DNA of 64,000 bases, taken from positions 56,296,001-56,360,000 of the forward strand of contig OZ320321.1 of NCBI GenBank assembly GCA_976226885.1, given 5' to 3'. Position numbers and translations under genes: made by a program. The stretch is from Iphione sp. A-MEVVRFRX5 (taxonomy: Eukaryota). This document shows positions 11,281-26,056 of this stretch, piece after piece. Under the pieces are notes generated by a model that worked only from the letters and a program-made list of their open reading frames with translations, was not told where the DNA came from and searched no databases. Numbering within the stretch: position 1 is the stretch's first letter; each line of letters starts with the position of its first letter.

Positions 11281-14200
11281 ATGGCCACTGTAGACCATGT
11301 GGCAGCTGACCAGACATTATATAATTCCGAGTTCTTCCTCCATCCAACTCTTGACTCGCAGGCACTCTCATCTGATTGAGAGGCCAAGGGTTTTGCTTTC
11401 AGTTTCTGTTTGAAACAAAGGATATATGTAGCATTTCATTCTGCTCGCATTTTATTTGCTTGAAGGATAATGCAAGTACACAGCATAGCGTAATTTATAT
11501 GCTGGTCCTATTATTTTTTCTAGTTCCATCATATATTGTGAGAGTCAGTCAGACTGCTTTGGTGGTGGGTGATCTCTGCCTCGAGCCACTCAGGTAACTG
11601 TCAACCACTCCGTGTAAGGCCATGTTCACATACATCCTGACAAAAAATCTGTCCCCCACTGTTTCCTGATTTTAATTGCCAGCATATGGTCTGCACTTGT
11701 CCCTTCAACATTGCGTTCTATAGGAATCCACGTCTGGGTTCAGACAAAACCCATCCCAGATGGTTTGACATCTGCACCTGTGTGCGGACACGGAAATATC
11801 TGTATATATGTGAATGCTTCTAGCGGTAGAAGCAGGTTGGTTACAAATCCGTCCCCATGTCCAGATGCAGAACAGAAAAATCAGGCAGCATGTGAACAGG
11901 CCCTTAGTCTGCAACCTCCCTTATGCTCATCTTTTGTTTGTTACATGTCAAATACACAAAGAGGGAATGGCCAAAGTTGTAGAGTGGCTCCGAGGTACTG
12001 ATGTTCTACAGAGTGCTGGATGATACAATGAGAAATTGCGGACTTGATGACCATCAATGCATATTGTGAATACTGAAGCATGAGTAACACTTATAAGTTT
12101 AAACTCCCTAATGCAACGATTAGAGGGACCAGCTATTTCTGTCCTTAAGGGAGAGTTTCCTTTGTTATTGTCTCTTATAGTATATGGTGCTGATACTGGA
12201 AGAATTGCCCTTAATCCCACAATTTCCCCTCCGAGTTGAGCTGCCCGCAGGACGAGTTGCTACTGTATATTTACATGGTACTTACTAAGGTATGAAGCAC
12301 AAAGTGCGAATCACTTCAACGTTGTTAAATAGATTACACTAAACCGTCCCCCACTTTGGATATCTCTTGGCACGTTTCATATACTTTTCGCTATAAATAC
12401 TCGCAACCCATCTCTTATACATCAATTGTAGTGAGCGCGAAGAATATATAAGAAGCAAATTGTTTTTATATCAATGCATTAAGCAGATAGGGATGCAAGT
12501 ATCACCAAACTGGATTTGGACTTTATCGATCGTTCATTGCATATTTGTTCGTACAAGTTACTTTATTTATAGAGGCAAAAGGCCTTCCAGGGAATGCGAG
12601 TTTAGGAAAAACTCTGTTTGATTCTGACACCAAAACAAAAAACCCTTGTATGTTTCCTATAGTCGCCATGCAGCGGCGATGGGATTCTTTCCAGTCCAAA
12701 ACCAGCAGGCTGGAATGGAACAAAATGACATTATGATATTACGGATAATGCGAAAATGAGAACAAGAAACTGAACACCTACCTTTGTCCCTTTCAACGAT
12801 GTTTCGACAAGGCAACCACAGGCTATAATCCACATAGGTGTTATTGACGGTGACGAAGGCGACGGCAAAGATCGTAGTATACATTTATTTTGGATGAAGT
12901 GAGAGTATTTGATGAAACGGAAAGTTTCATTTATATGACATTATCGACCGACAAATATCAAATACTATAAATCTGTTAAGCACGGATGTATCTCGTCCTA
13001 CCCATTCCCGAACCATAAATATTTGATACCCTGGGAGGGACAAGATAAGCTGTTAATGATGCTTCACCATCGACATGACATTTGAAAACAATTGCACTTT
13101 AAATCAGCCACGGTCTAGGATATCTGTGGTGGCACTCGCTCTGACATCATCAGCCATCACAGTGTCCTTTTTTTTTCTTTGGTAATAACCGACTACGTTC
13201 ACGAAACTTCACATTTACGTCATGAAGTTTCGTCAGAACACTTTTATTCGTTCCGACAGTATATACGGAATGGGCCATTGATGAAAGTAACGAAAGGTGC
13301 CCCGAGGGCCTCACTACATTTATAAATGCCACTGTCCTTTGTTGCACGGCCTCTAGCCGATTATTGTTTGCCCATATGGTGTGTTCCTAACCAACTGCTA
13401 CGGTTACTCACCAGGAGGCGTCGACAATGCTAGTGGCGTTGCGGCTCAGAAAAGCCTCTGTTTGGGGGGAGATTGCGGGAGTAATACTTTTCAGGCGCCC
13501 GGTAGACTTAAGTAAGTGATAGATGAAAGTATCATCAAGGATATAACTATGTCGATTGCCTGTGGGTAATAAAGCGGACGGAACCTTGAGGGCCATAAGG
13601 CTGGCAAAGGATCGCCACAAGAAGAAGATGCGTATAGCTCAGACGACTTAAGCAGGTGGATTAATGGACGTTCCATCTCCATACGGCACTCAGTCTGTCA
13701 TACTTTTTTCACAGGTCAGTCTGGCCATATCATTCATGCCTTCCACTAAACCAATCCATAATAGTTTTGCTGATTTAATGCGACTGCTCTTACGAGAAAC
13801 AGCTCGCCCTAAAAATAGGGCCCATTGTTCTAGGGTTGCTTTTACACGAACATCGTTACACACTCAGACCGAAAATCCCTGGAAGCCATGACAGATGATG
13901 TGTATTTAGAACTTCATAGCCGCACCAGGTGACATATAATTAAATGAAAGGTTTGTACATTCAAGACTGAGCGGAAGTGTGCCTCTAGGATGTTTTTGTA
14001 TAACATATCAACAGCTGTGGAAAGCATGAGCTACTCGTGAAGTCCTGTCATAGTTAAACACACACACACATTGAAGCAGACAAATCTATTGCTGTCTGTC
14101 AATCTTGAGTATATCACTTCATCAAACCACCTTTTTCGCCGGCGTTCTTTACCAGTCTTCGGTTAATCACCCTTTGGGATAATTAATCACGAATTAATCG

Positions 14201-17200
14201 CAAATAAATCAGATTAGCTTCATGCAATCCGATGAGCAGATCATTTGCGATTTTAATCTGTTTTCATCGACCCATCAACCCCTTCTTCCGAGGTCATGTC
14301 AGCAGTCTCCAAATTTAATCCAAAGCCATTTTGCAAATCTCGGATAACTTCTGCCACCCTCTGGCAGCAGACATGAAACGTCTTTCACGGGTACCGAAGA
14401 CGACGTGCACGAAAACTGAGTAACAATGTAACGGGGAATCCCTTAAATACAACGTGCCCTTCATCTTTCAGGCGATCTTTCTGCCTAAACAAGCACAACG
14501 CTCATTCATTCGTCAAGAATAGCTCTACTTGTGGAAGAGAAAACAAAATCGATCCCTCGTGTCAATGCAGTGCTTGCAGTCACAGTCCTCCTCCAGCCAC
14601 TCGCTTCTATACTTGCTGACACATCCTAATTACTTTCGCAAAGTTTCCAGCAAGCATACCCCCGGCAATCATACCACAGTGAACTCTACATTCTAAAATT
14701 ACGCAAATGCAGTGAAGCTGTAGTCAAACATTCAATTCAGTCGCTCTCCCATCAGGCACTGACGGGGGAGGTTCTACTAATACGGACCTTTCATGCGCTT
14801 ACATCACGAGTTCGACATGTCAACACAATGATGGTCCGACGACAGTGCTCTTGGGAGAGGTTCATTTGAATTGGCCGGTGCTTAGGCGCCGATATTAGTC
14901 CTCGGAGGTCGATGTGCCGTTTCTACCACAATAAGGGACCGCAGAGACGAGTCTTCAGCAGGCAGGGGTCCCCCAGGCCACTTCGAGGCCCGGGCTCGGC
15001 CGGGGAAGCCCACTCGTGGGGACGATGATGTCACCAATCGGACCGGTCCTGGATTGAAGCACCTGGTTCGAGAGAGGTCAAGACCGGAACGGGGGTGGGG
15101 AGGGGGCATTCCACTTCTGAATGGCATGTGTAATTTGCAATCCCTGTTGCCGGCGAGTCAGTTGACTTGTATTTATTCATTTTTTATGGACGGCAGAGAA
15201 TGCAATCAACACATTACTGTTTGATACCTTTAAAAAAAGAATTCCGTAACAAGTCTATGCACTGCTGAGTGGTACAAGGGGTCCCATGAACAAGGCTGGT
15301 TGCACATGTATCCATACGAAAGTTATGCTGATGTATCTGAAGGTGTAGCTACTGCCTATGGATTGCGTCACTTTCATATGTTTAACAGATGTTTTTTTTT
15401 CACTACTTTGGAAGTCTTTGAGCTATGTTTCAATTTGTATTGAAAACCTGTACCAGACCAATTTAGAGAAACGCAACTTTACAAATCTGTTTGCATAGCC
15501 ACATGCACATGTGAAAAGCTAATTGAATAATAGAGAAACTGATTCAAAGTTTGTCATATGCATTTGCAAAGCATTTTATGGACACGTGAAACCAGCCTAA
15601 CTTAGAGTATTTACACTGCAGTAGTAATGAAAACATCAGCCATTAGATGGTGAAATATTTAATGGTATGACCGCTTAGTCCGGTCTCCTCTGTTACATCC
15701 ATATGATGAAGAACTCAGCGGCGAGGATGAGCTTGACATTCTTTCCGTTCCTGATGGTTTGTTACAGATCAGGTACCACAGCGTATGGTGTTTCTTAATG
15801 ACGTTACCAACTTCTTATAACGATATCTACTTCAATATAAGCAGGCCCACAAATTTCGACCTAACGTACCGCTTCCAAACTTTTATTTACGACTTCCTCC
15901 ACCACCTCCAACTCACAGGCAATTTCCATTAGGTGATGGAGAATGTGTTTCAGCGCTCTAAACGGAATTCTTCCCGACCGGGGGAGGGCGCTCTCAGAGA
16001 GGGAAACAGTGATGAAATACCCGCCGGTGGGGCAAGCATATTTCAGCAGAATATTTTCAAACATGGAATAGATGAATACATTTTCTTTGTAACACCTTTT
16101 CACATGCATTATTGGGCAGGCGTGTATTATAACGTTATATTATCCTTCAAGCATTGGTACTGATAAAAGCAGTGCTCTATAGAATTCCTTTATTAACCGA
16201 ACCTTGCAGTGATAGAATTGCCGCTGACGCCTGCAAAATAATCAAGCCAATGTACTTTCAGTACATCCTCTGTTGCCTTATAGATAAGTACAAAGTCTTC
16301 GCAAGAATCTGCCATAAATTCCAACACAATAAATTCTCAAATCACAGTATTATATGTAGCATCAAAATACATTTTATTATGCCTGTGATCAGATGTTTTA
16401 TAAGATTTTCACTGTCAGAAAGTAACCAGACTCGGACTAATTACCAGTGCTGTTGGAAGCAACTGAGCGCTCTAAATCCTGACAGGGAAGTGTAATTGAG
16501 ATTCACTGAACGGACGAGTGATAACAAGAGCGAGGTGCAGGCATACGTTAGACAGATGAATTGTCGTTTCCGGGTAGTGCTTTAACGTTCTGGGAAGTAC
16601 TCCGAATGTAGGTTGGGTTCGCACTTCGTGATACCAGGATTTTTTTGTACGTACCTGTATGTACATATGCATAAATCTTCACGGGGCATTCAACATTTCC
16701 ATCTTTATATTAATCCTCATACTAAATATAGATTATATCAAGTGACAATTCATTTCTCTAGAGCTATTGACTATCGGGCGACTTCTCATTTCCTACTTAT
16801 ACAATCGCTATTTAAGAGAAAAATCACCATCCAATATTGTATCTTTTATTTGACCCTGGCAAATGTGTCATGTTGTGCGGTAACGGAAATGGTCAGGACA
16901 CAGCGGGAGATCATTGCAAAAAAACTTTGCAATAAACACGGTCTTCCGAATGATATGGAAAGTTTCGTTGATTCGCTATCTGATAAAATAGAATTTGCAC
17001 CTTACTTAAAGAAGATCTAATAGAAGTGTGTGTCACAATAATAGTAGTTCTTCCGAACTTCATCCAATATCGAATATTACTCAGATAAATTTTTTACAGA
17101 ACTTTCAATTATCTAAAATCATTGCTGTATAGAAAACTAACATGAGCTTAAGAAGCAAAAGGAAATTAGCTGAAAATTATAGATGGAAATAGTAACTGCA

Positions 17201-19053
17201 GAACAGGCTGTACAGGTTAATGTGTGAGGCATTATTAGTTAGATCTGTATTTTTATCATTTATATTTCAAATAAAACCGTTTATTTGGATATTGATATGG
17301 AAACGTAACGATGTATTCCACTTACCTTGCCAACAGGGTGACGCGTTGGTAACCCTCTGTATATTATGGAACTATTTGGGTACGTCCTTCATTCAACTTG
17401 AAATTTTTCTTTTGAATAAAGCTAAAATTGTGAAATAACCTCCCAAGTTACTGTCTTTGTGAGTTTGTCTAATACACCCATATGTATTATCATATTCACA
17501 CTTACTCAGCTCACTTGACAGTGCTGGAATTCAAGTGGTAGCACGACTCATAACAATATAGGCTAAGAAAACATACGAAACGGTGTAAGTTAGATCTTTA
17601 TGCCCGTGGTTTATACACCATTAATCACATTTTGACTCGCCCAGCTCACTGCCGTATAGTATCGTATATATTATGTTTAAAGTATCGACTTGCTCGACAA
17701 AACACATCAAAAAGGAAAGAAGGCGAGAACGATTTGTTTTGCTCGTGATGAAGATGCTCATGTCCACATCTGGCTCGGTGTTGTGACCCCAGAAGCTGGA
17801 CCTCCAGCCACGTACTTCCGTTATCAATCACGTGACCCATGTCAGCTGTACGACAAGGTCGGACCAAGGCAGGTCCCATCGCGGACCACGAGGTCTGGCT
17901 CGTCGAGGCTGACGCTGACCTTAAGGTTAAAGCTGAACCTTTTTTTTCTCGTACGATTCCTAGGCAGATCAAAGCTATTTGGCAACATAATATTGAAGAC
18001 TAAAGGAAGTTCCCTTTCAACATCCACCAGAAAAATATATTTATACATATATATATATGCTGAAAAGATCACATTTACGTTGTACCAGTGCTGTCAGTAT
18101 CTTGTGGAAGGTAGGGCACAGCTTCCCTAAAAAGGTTTGCCCTTAGCTTGCTTCATGAGGAAATGCCGCAATTCGTGCGTCTTAGGCGGAGCCGGGGGAT
18201 CAGGCCAGCCGATCGGCTCAAGCTCGCCCGGAGATGGTAATATACGAAACTATAAGCTACTGCAGCGGCATTATCTCCTCTACTGCAGTCGGGCACCTTC
18301 AGGAATACCAAACTCAGGCGTAGACTTGCCTAAAGCAGGGTGGAATCAGATGAGGTAATTAAAAAGAAAGAAAGCGCGTCTTTTTTATCGTATGATCCCC
18401 AAGTAGAGCTGGATGGGTTGGTCTTGAAAGGTCTGAGTGCATTGGATGTCGGATGTACGTGGCACAGGAAATTTGGTGCAAGGTGGGTTCGGGGCTGTAT
18501 ATGGAGCGATGGCAGTCAAGAAGAAGAAGTAAGTGCTGTCGCATGCTCCCGCCGCGAGAAGATGGAAGGCTGTTGTGCTCGGACATGAGGAAGATGTTAT
18601 TGGTCTCGTCTGTTTTCATTTTGACGAAGGAGACTCCTCTCACACGGGCGAACACAGGTGTCCGTCCAATCTAATCTCACTTTATAGATAGGAATGAGAC
18701 ATAGGTGACTAAAGGGAACAGAACAGGGTTTGGAAGCAATTTAAGTCCACGTATAAATCAAAACGTATGGCGAAAAACATTACAAAAAACAAGTCGAAAG
18801 TACTCGGCGCATGCATGTATTAGAGTACATGTACATGTAGAAACATCGCTTTTCTCGAGGAAGGCTCTACGTGTGACCCTTTCTACTGCTCCCAATGTTT
18901 TCAAAATTAGAATCCATTGAGCTGGATATCATTTTAGCTGCGGAACTTCGCATTAAATTATGAATAGTCTGTCACATTACACGCCCGAGAACAGACACAT
19001 TCTCATCACCGGCGGTCCTTCTTCCCGAAGGCCACATGGAGAAATGTGACAAA

Positions 19054-19203
19054 ATGGCCGACGCGACGAACGCGGATTGGAATGAGAATGTCAATCTTGC
19101 CACCGGAGCGGGTTTAGGAATGGGTCGAGCAGTAGCCTCCTTTGGATGAACAGGTCGACGTGGCCATCAATCCACTCAATCCGATAAAGTGTTGGCCGTG
19201 AGT
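19054..19203 (+). pseudogene. Possible disrupted first exon of a short-chain dehydrogenase/reductase (SDR)
   Basis: ATG 19054 in aaaATGgccgac context gives MADATNADWNENVNLATGAGLGMGRAVASFG* containing TGxxxGxG. A shifted frame then gives DVAIN; a GTGAGT donor lies at 19198-19203. Confidence 0.4.
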
Positions 19204-22200
19204 AGACAGCAGCGGGGGCCGATGGCGGTATTGGTGGTAGTGGCGGTAAGAGAGGGCCCGCCCATTTGAATCATTCGTCATCTTCACCGGTTCACTGACA
19301 TCAAGAGTGACTTTCCATTCGGGGCCTCTTCACCTCACAAAGAATGGATAAAGAGTTAAATTGGAGTTGGATGGGTGGGGGAGGTTTTAAAAATTACTAT
19401 TCTCCCGTAAGTAAGTGCGGTTGATAACGTTTCACACAACTAGGCTCCCCCCCGCCTCACCCACCATCTCGGGAGTCGCTCGAGGTTCCCAAGTGGAGGC
19501 TTTGTGTACGGTAAAACTTTCAACACAGTGGCTTTCACCCTCACACAATAGGCTAGTATCTGAGAATCATATGGCGTCACGTAACACTGTTCAGACAAAT
19601 GAAAAGCATTTATTTAAAACCTAATTTCGTTTTATTCACGTTCTCAAGTCACCAAGCAATGTTCTCGTTTAAAATACACGACCAGTTGATATGACCACTG
19701 CATGAATATGAGTACCCATTTTTCAAATATTGGTACACAGAGCGCGAAATCCACATCTACGATATTAATAGCTACATTTTATTCAGTTTTTATTTGTCAG
19801 TTTGTATCTGGAATCATTTAAGCAGCTAGAGGGACCAGGAAAGAAGGTTCACATCGATCTGGCCATTTCGAAGGAAGATCTGTCGCCTTTTAGAGCATTT
19901 CTATTTATGTGCGGACCTGATTAGATTTTACTCTTATCGGCCATGTTGCAATTTTCAACACAGAATGATTTACTATTAAAAGAAGGCCCATAACTGATAC
20001 AACATTGTAGAATGGGAATATTACAAAAGTGATATTATCCATAAGTGAAAAAGAATATTTAATACGCACATTATTTGTATCACTGTATGGTCGATGCTTC
20101 AGGGGAACTTGGATATTGGCATATTATTCAGAGCAATAAAATGATGAGCGACTTTTCGGTGTTTGAGATTGGGTGCGTTCATATGAAATTGATATTTTTA
20201 GCAAACTATCGAACAATATGTGAGATTGAAACTATACCATTTCTTATAATTTTCTCTCTCAATAAAACCTGCATGAGATAAATTTAGTGGATATTGAAAA
20301 GGCTGCATGACTTACTGTGGATAGGAACAGCTCCATTTCACTGTCTTTATTGTGAAGGTGAACAGAAGACTAGCTGGTTCTGTTTCACTTGTAAAAGAAA
20401 TAATTCTTAATGTAATATGTTACGAAACAGCTGTAAAACACCTGCGGTGTGTGGATTATGTCCTATTGGGCAGACTGAGAGGCTCGCCCCATTGACACTC
20501 ATGAACAGGGAAATCATTCCCACTATGAAATCGGTACGAAGTGAACGTTTGTCATATCATATAATATAGAATTCTCCACATATTCATATGGACAAGAATT
20601 CATTTGTGGAGGTCCAAACAACGAAGGTAATCTTTATCTGTGAACGAATAATGTCTGAGAGAGTTGTTCGTCTGAATATTGCCTTAGTAAATTTGGGGGA
20701 GGGTAGTTGGTTGTGCCGCTGTAAGTTTAGGTCCATGCTCTTACTGATACTGTTATAATTGGGAACACCGAGGTCTTAGACGTAAGAGAATATCATATGA
20801 AAACACATAGTGGTCCTGGATTGCAGCGTTGCAACTGAAGTGTAGCCGTTTTGTCATGCAATATGCATAGATTTTGGCCATTCCAGATCAATTCCTACAA
20901 AGTGTCTGGAATGGAACAAAACTGCATTTTTAGAGCTGCTGGAAAAAAATGCATGTATATGCAGGCAAAATCTCACTGGATCCGGAACGTCCCATGCTGA
21001 CACATGTATTATTGTGTAGATGTGGACGTTTTGGACGGAGTATTACTCTATGGATTTATTATCACAGACAGCCCCTCACAGGCACGTATGTGTAGAATAT
21101 CACATGTAAACTATAGCTAAAGCAGACAGGATACCTTGGTGGAACTTAAAATGCGTTGTATTTAACAGGGGCACGGATCTATAGGCGTCGTTTGGCATCG
21201 CTATTATATCGCTGAACAGATACTGCATATCACACAGAAATGTGCCTTACAGGCCTATTCATGAATGATTGTTGAAATGTGTTTTTCTGTCACACTCAAA
21301 TAGATTCACTCAAGTTCATTCGTTCAACTCACTGCAGAGAGAAGAAATACTTTGCCTCAGTTAAGGAGGTCAGTTTTGACGATATGCAGAAAATAATGCG
21401 GTCAATTTATGTAAGAAAGACGAGCCAATCCTAGATGGCGTGAAATCTCTTGCCTGGGGTGGTGATGGAGCGATATCTTGTATAGTTACATTCATATAAT
21501 AAAGTATGCGTGGTTCCAACTGATGATGGCCAGCATTACATACTGGAGACAAGGGGTCGCAGTGTTTCATATAATCATCACTGGAGACGCCATTACACAA
21601 GTCCCTTTTGCGGTTTAATTGCTACTAAGTGCTTCATTCAATCTAAGTGCGTCATTTTTTTTCTTCACGCGACTAATTATAGACGTTATTATATACGTGT
21701 ATTGATATTCATCCCATGTCTTTGCAGCCTGTCAGTAAGAGGATCTAACATTCATCTCTGGAAATTCAAACATTTGGAAAGAAGACACCTGCCTTGTCAC
21801 AAAGGAGACATAAAAATGATCGATATGAATGGATAAAAAGCAAATGAAAAGATTCTGCTGCTTCAAAAAAAGAGAGGACAAAACCGCACGCAAGTGCCAC
21901 CCACAATACATGTATAATGTTACAGGTGCTCCAGATCTATATTGTTTCGCATTTGGCTTCACATGGAGCAAATGAAACACGGCTCTATTTTTCGACAGTG
22001 GGTGTTCCTCATGCATATCAGTTTACTTTATGTTGTTGTATAGGCCGACTTGATGCTGTTGGAAAGGTGGTGTAATGACCTTGCTTTATTGATTCCAATT
22101 ACAGCATCGTCTCGTTCTCTCACACACATATATAAACACCGTCAGATACATTTTGAGAGAACGGCAGGCGCTGTGGAATTTAGGAGAAAACCCCAAACAT

Positions 22201-22859
22201 TTTCTTTTTAAATAAGAAAAAAGAATTAGTGGGGTTAGGATTTATATAGATTATATATATAGAAAAGTTATGATACGTAAATGGAAACCTTTCATAAATA
22301 GTGCCGGACGGGGAGCGCAACTGGCATGATAAATCGACCGTGTACGCATACCGCATGCCAAACCTACGGTACCCTCATTCATCCTCAATAAACCTTCTCA
22401 TTATCTTTGCAGGATGGAAGTTTCCATCCATCTATGTCAGACGAGGTACGACGATGTATCGTCTTTTTTTCTTTGTTTCGCTAACTCCTGTTTCCCGCTC
22501 TTCCAAACTCGCCTCTCCTTACTAACCCCGTCCCCGGGGGTCGGTCGTGGGAATCTGGAATCGGACCGTCCTCTGCTCTCTCCCAACAATTAGTTCGGTG
22601 GGTCACGTGGGATAGGGTTCCGTCCTCCATTTTTTCATAGTGTACATTGTACGCTTATCTGTCGTTGATTAATTATGGCCTGTTTGGAGAAGTGTGCCGA
22701 GAGTTTCCGTCGGGATCCGCGCTTTAGAGAGACCATGATTCACTAGATGCCATTCGAGAAAAAAAACCCAACAGACTTAGAAAATATAAAGTCCCTTTTA
22801 TTTGAAACAGCCACGTGAACTCACATGTATACTTCTGGATCAAACATCTCAGGACACTT

Positions 22860-24300
22860 TAATTTAAAATAGCTGACCAAAATAACTATCAAAATTAGTG
22901 GAAAAACTTGTCTATAATAGGCTAGTTAAATATCTTGAAGAAACGCATTTTTTCTCACATGCTCAACACGTATTTAGATCTGGAAGAGGTACAAACACTG
23001 CCGTGGCCACCTTCCTCCAACATGCGTATGAAGCCCTGGATGAAGGGAAACATTTTGGCCTGGTGCTGTTTGACCTATCCAAGGCCTTCGATATGATTAA
23101 TCACAATATTGTCTTGCAGTGTCTGGAGAGCTGTGGCCTTGGGACCCAAGCAATGAGGTGGTTTCGTTCGTATTTAAATAGAAGGCAACAATATGTTAAG
23201 TGCAGTGGGATTCGTTCGTCTTTGCTTGATGTGGACATCGGTGTTCTGCAAGGTAGCCATCTCGGCCCTGTGCTCTTCTCTCTCGTTGTGAATTCTGCCC
23301 CATCCGCCTTAGTCATAGCAGAATCAATAGTATATGCTGATGACATCTCTGTCTTCTGATCTGCCAGTAATATTGCTGCTTTAAGAGTGAAGCTCACTAG
23401 AAGCAGAAAGGACGTGGTTGAGTGGGTGGGAGCACAGGGCCTGGTATTGAATGCACAAAAGACTCAATACATACTCTTTGGGAAATCAAGATCCTTCGAA
23501 CTTGACTTGGAGGTATTGGGTAACCGCATAGAGAAGAAATCAGCAGTGACATTGTTAGGCTTTACTATTGATGAGGTGCTGTCTTGGGTCCCTATGGCCA
23601 ATAATGTAAAACGGAGGGCCAGGCAGAGAGCTTGGGCTCTTTCAAAGGTCAAGGGAGTCATGAGATTTAAAGAGAGAGTCCTCATGTTTAAATCCTTCAT
23701 CTTGCCAATCTTTGATTATGGGCTTTTTTGCTCGTATGGCAGCACAAAAAAGGTGTAAGATAGCCTGCAGGTTGAGTTCAACAAGTGTCTACGTCTTGTC
23801 TTAAATAAGAGACCAGGTGGTCCCTCAGCGGTCTCCCTAAGACGACGAGTGGGCTTGGAGTCCCTTAGGACCAGAGGACTAAGACAAATTCTGACACTGG
23901 TTCCAAGACTATTGGACCAGGGCCTTCTCAAAGAGAATGGTGGTAAACGTGCCACTAGGCATAGTCTAGGTAGAACACTAAGAGTAAAGAAGCCAAAAAC
24001 ATCCAGGTATGCTAGATCATTTGTCTATTGTGGTGTAACTTGTTGGAACAAGCTGCCTGTGCACCTGAGGTCGGAAACGTCATTAAAAAGCATGATATGG
24101 ATGATTAAGAAAGTCTCACTAGATGGAGATTAATGTTGACATACTGTGTTAGACTTTTCGCCCATTATGTTGTCTTATTGTCCACTTATATGTCATCTGT
24201 TGTCAAATTCTTACCTTACATGACCAAACTACTGTCTTATTAATATGTATTTTCCCCAACATAACCAAATTACTGTCTTATTATTATGTATTTTTCTCTG
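22860..24300 (+). mobile_element. 5'-truncated CR1/L2-type LINE (RT plus C-terminus) with two nonsense mutations
   Basis: ORFs 22898-23359, 23387-23758 and 23849-24133 share one frame: FDLSKAFD, QGSHLGP, YADD, CWNKLP. AT-rich 3' UTR has a ~33-bp direct repeat (~24224-24297). Confidence 0.9.
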
Positions 24301-24328
24301 AATTAACTGAGCACCTTCCTTCTGTTAC

Positions 24329-24627
24329 CTGCACATGTTCCCTGGAAGATCTTCTAATGTATTGTCATTACAACTGAAGATGTGAATAAAAGAATTCAAA
24401 AAATCATCATCTTCAGTTAAGGCCTGAATACATATGGCATTCTGTCCATCTAAAGCCCACAAGGGGATGCCATCGTCCGTGGGCAGTCTGGTAAAGTAAG
24501 ACGATCCACCTCCCTTACCGTCTCCATACGCCTGGCTGGTAACAATACTGCACCCAGCCTCAACCTCTGCGCACTTCTCAACATACACTAGCTGTCGTGC
24601 TAGGAACGAGTCCAAGAGATTGGACAC
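24329..24627 (-). other. Candidate isolated coding exon of unknown product
   Basis: Open frame of 299 nt bounded by ctgtcag (acceptor) and AG|GTAAC (donor); protein-like composition but no recognised family. Confidence 0.3.
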
Positions 24628-26018
24628 CTGACAGTTCCTGCCCCAAGAGCCAAACCATGGAGGGACGGGCTAGCTGACATGAACGAAGAAGCCTTTATAC
24701 ATTGTTATTACACTAGCTATATAAAATGTTGCCTGACCATAGGCAGGAGGACTCACACCGGGAAATTATTTTTCAAAATTACTTAGGTATCCAGTGCAAA
24801 TATTGCAAAAGAATAAGAATGCTATGCAATTTATATTGATTATAATAACTTTAAGTAGAAACAGAATGTGCCACTACACATTGGAAGTAAAGAAACCGCT
24901 TCAAGTAGTAGTTCCAATTGCAAGGCATGGTGACAACAACCCACATGTCATGACACCAAATAGTTAAACGCTGTTATGATAAGAGTGTGTGAAATATGGA
25001 ACCTTACAGTGCAAATGTAGTCCTACAGTTAATAAAGTGTTTTTGTGCACATTTTGACCAAGGATGGCTTACAAACAGGTCTGCACTCCTCTGACGTTAG
25101 AAAAGAAAGTCTGAGCTTCGTTGGGGGGGGGGATGATAGGAAAATATATTAGTTGGGGGGCAGCGGAAGTTTGAGCTACTATAGTCGGGGGGTTTAGACA
25201 CGAATTGGCGCCGAAAACGCTTGTCCTATGGAGACAGTAGGAGGCTTGAAGCAACAGTAGCTATGGGAGTCATTAAAATTACTGTTATCCCAAAAAAAGA
25301 TAGTAATTATTTTATTGTTCTTATGTGCGTAATATAACGTACTAACATAACATCTTGATAAGTGTTTAAGTATCTGAATAACCGATGCTAAATATAATTT
25401 ACTAAACTTACCCTGGCGGCCCAGGATAATTATTCTGTTCTCTGTCTGTGTATAATGGTGCCCTTGGTGTAAGTGACTTGAGAAGAACGCAGCTTGATTC
25501 CCTCTTCAGTGAATCCCCGGAGCTATTAAGCCAGGACACGTTAGCAGGTGTATCCTCATTTTTCAATAAAATGAAACTCCTTCAGAAGGAGGGCGTGTGC
25601 AAAGTAAAGGCAGGTGAGGCTCTCACTGCCACCCTTCCATGGACGAGTATCACCCACTACCATCTACTTACTGAGAGGTAAAATAAGAATTGCGATTCCA
25701 ATCCAGAAACTTACGAATTACAGAACCTTTCCATTAGAAAGACATTTACTTCATAATAGTGTATGCATGGTCATCGGTTTTTAATTAAAGATTTAGTGTA
25801 GACGTGGCAAACGTATGTGGCGTGGTGCAACCGTGTCAAGTGTGTCTCTAGTGTTGGAGACAGTTGGGATAGAACCCAGTTGTCAGGGAGAGGAGAATTG
25901 TTGGCATGGGTTGTTTAGGAAACGCATCCATGTCCATTGTGATGTCAGTAAAAACAATCAAGGATTTGTTTTTAGATTGACTATTTTTTGTCCAGACATA
26001 TGAGAAGGGACATTATAT

Positions 26019-26056
26019 TACGGTTTCGACCTTGTGGTCTCGTCAGGCACCAAAAA
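26019..26056 (-). ncRNA. Minimal type I hammerhead ribozyme core (3' half truncated)
   Basis: Minus strand reads CTGACGA-GACC-acaa-GGTC-GAAA-CCGTA: conserved CUGANGA, 4-bp stem II, GAAA; the stem I partner is absent downstream. Confidence 0.75.

Noticed and set aside
11400-12250. Possible decayed DDE/rve transposase (CIDGH, KLI, SVSAHR)
   Set aside because: The resemblance is too fragmentary to support without a profile search
18482-18532. Kinase-like GGFGAVY...AVKK peptide
   Set aside because: Only 3 residues between the Gly loop and AVK, an in-frame stop upstream, no further kinase subdomains; probably chance
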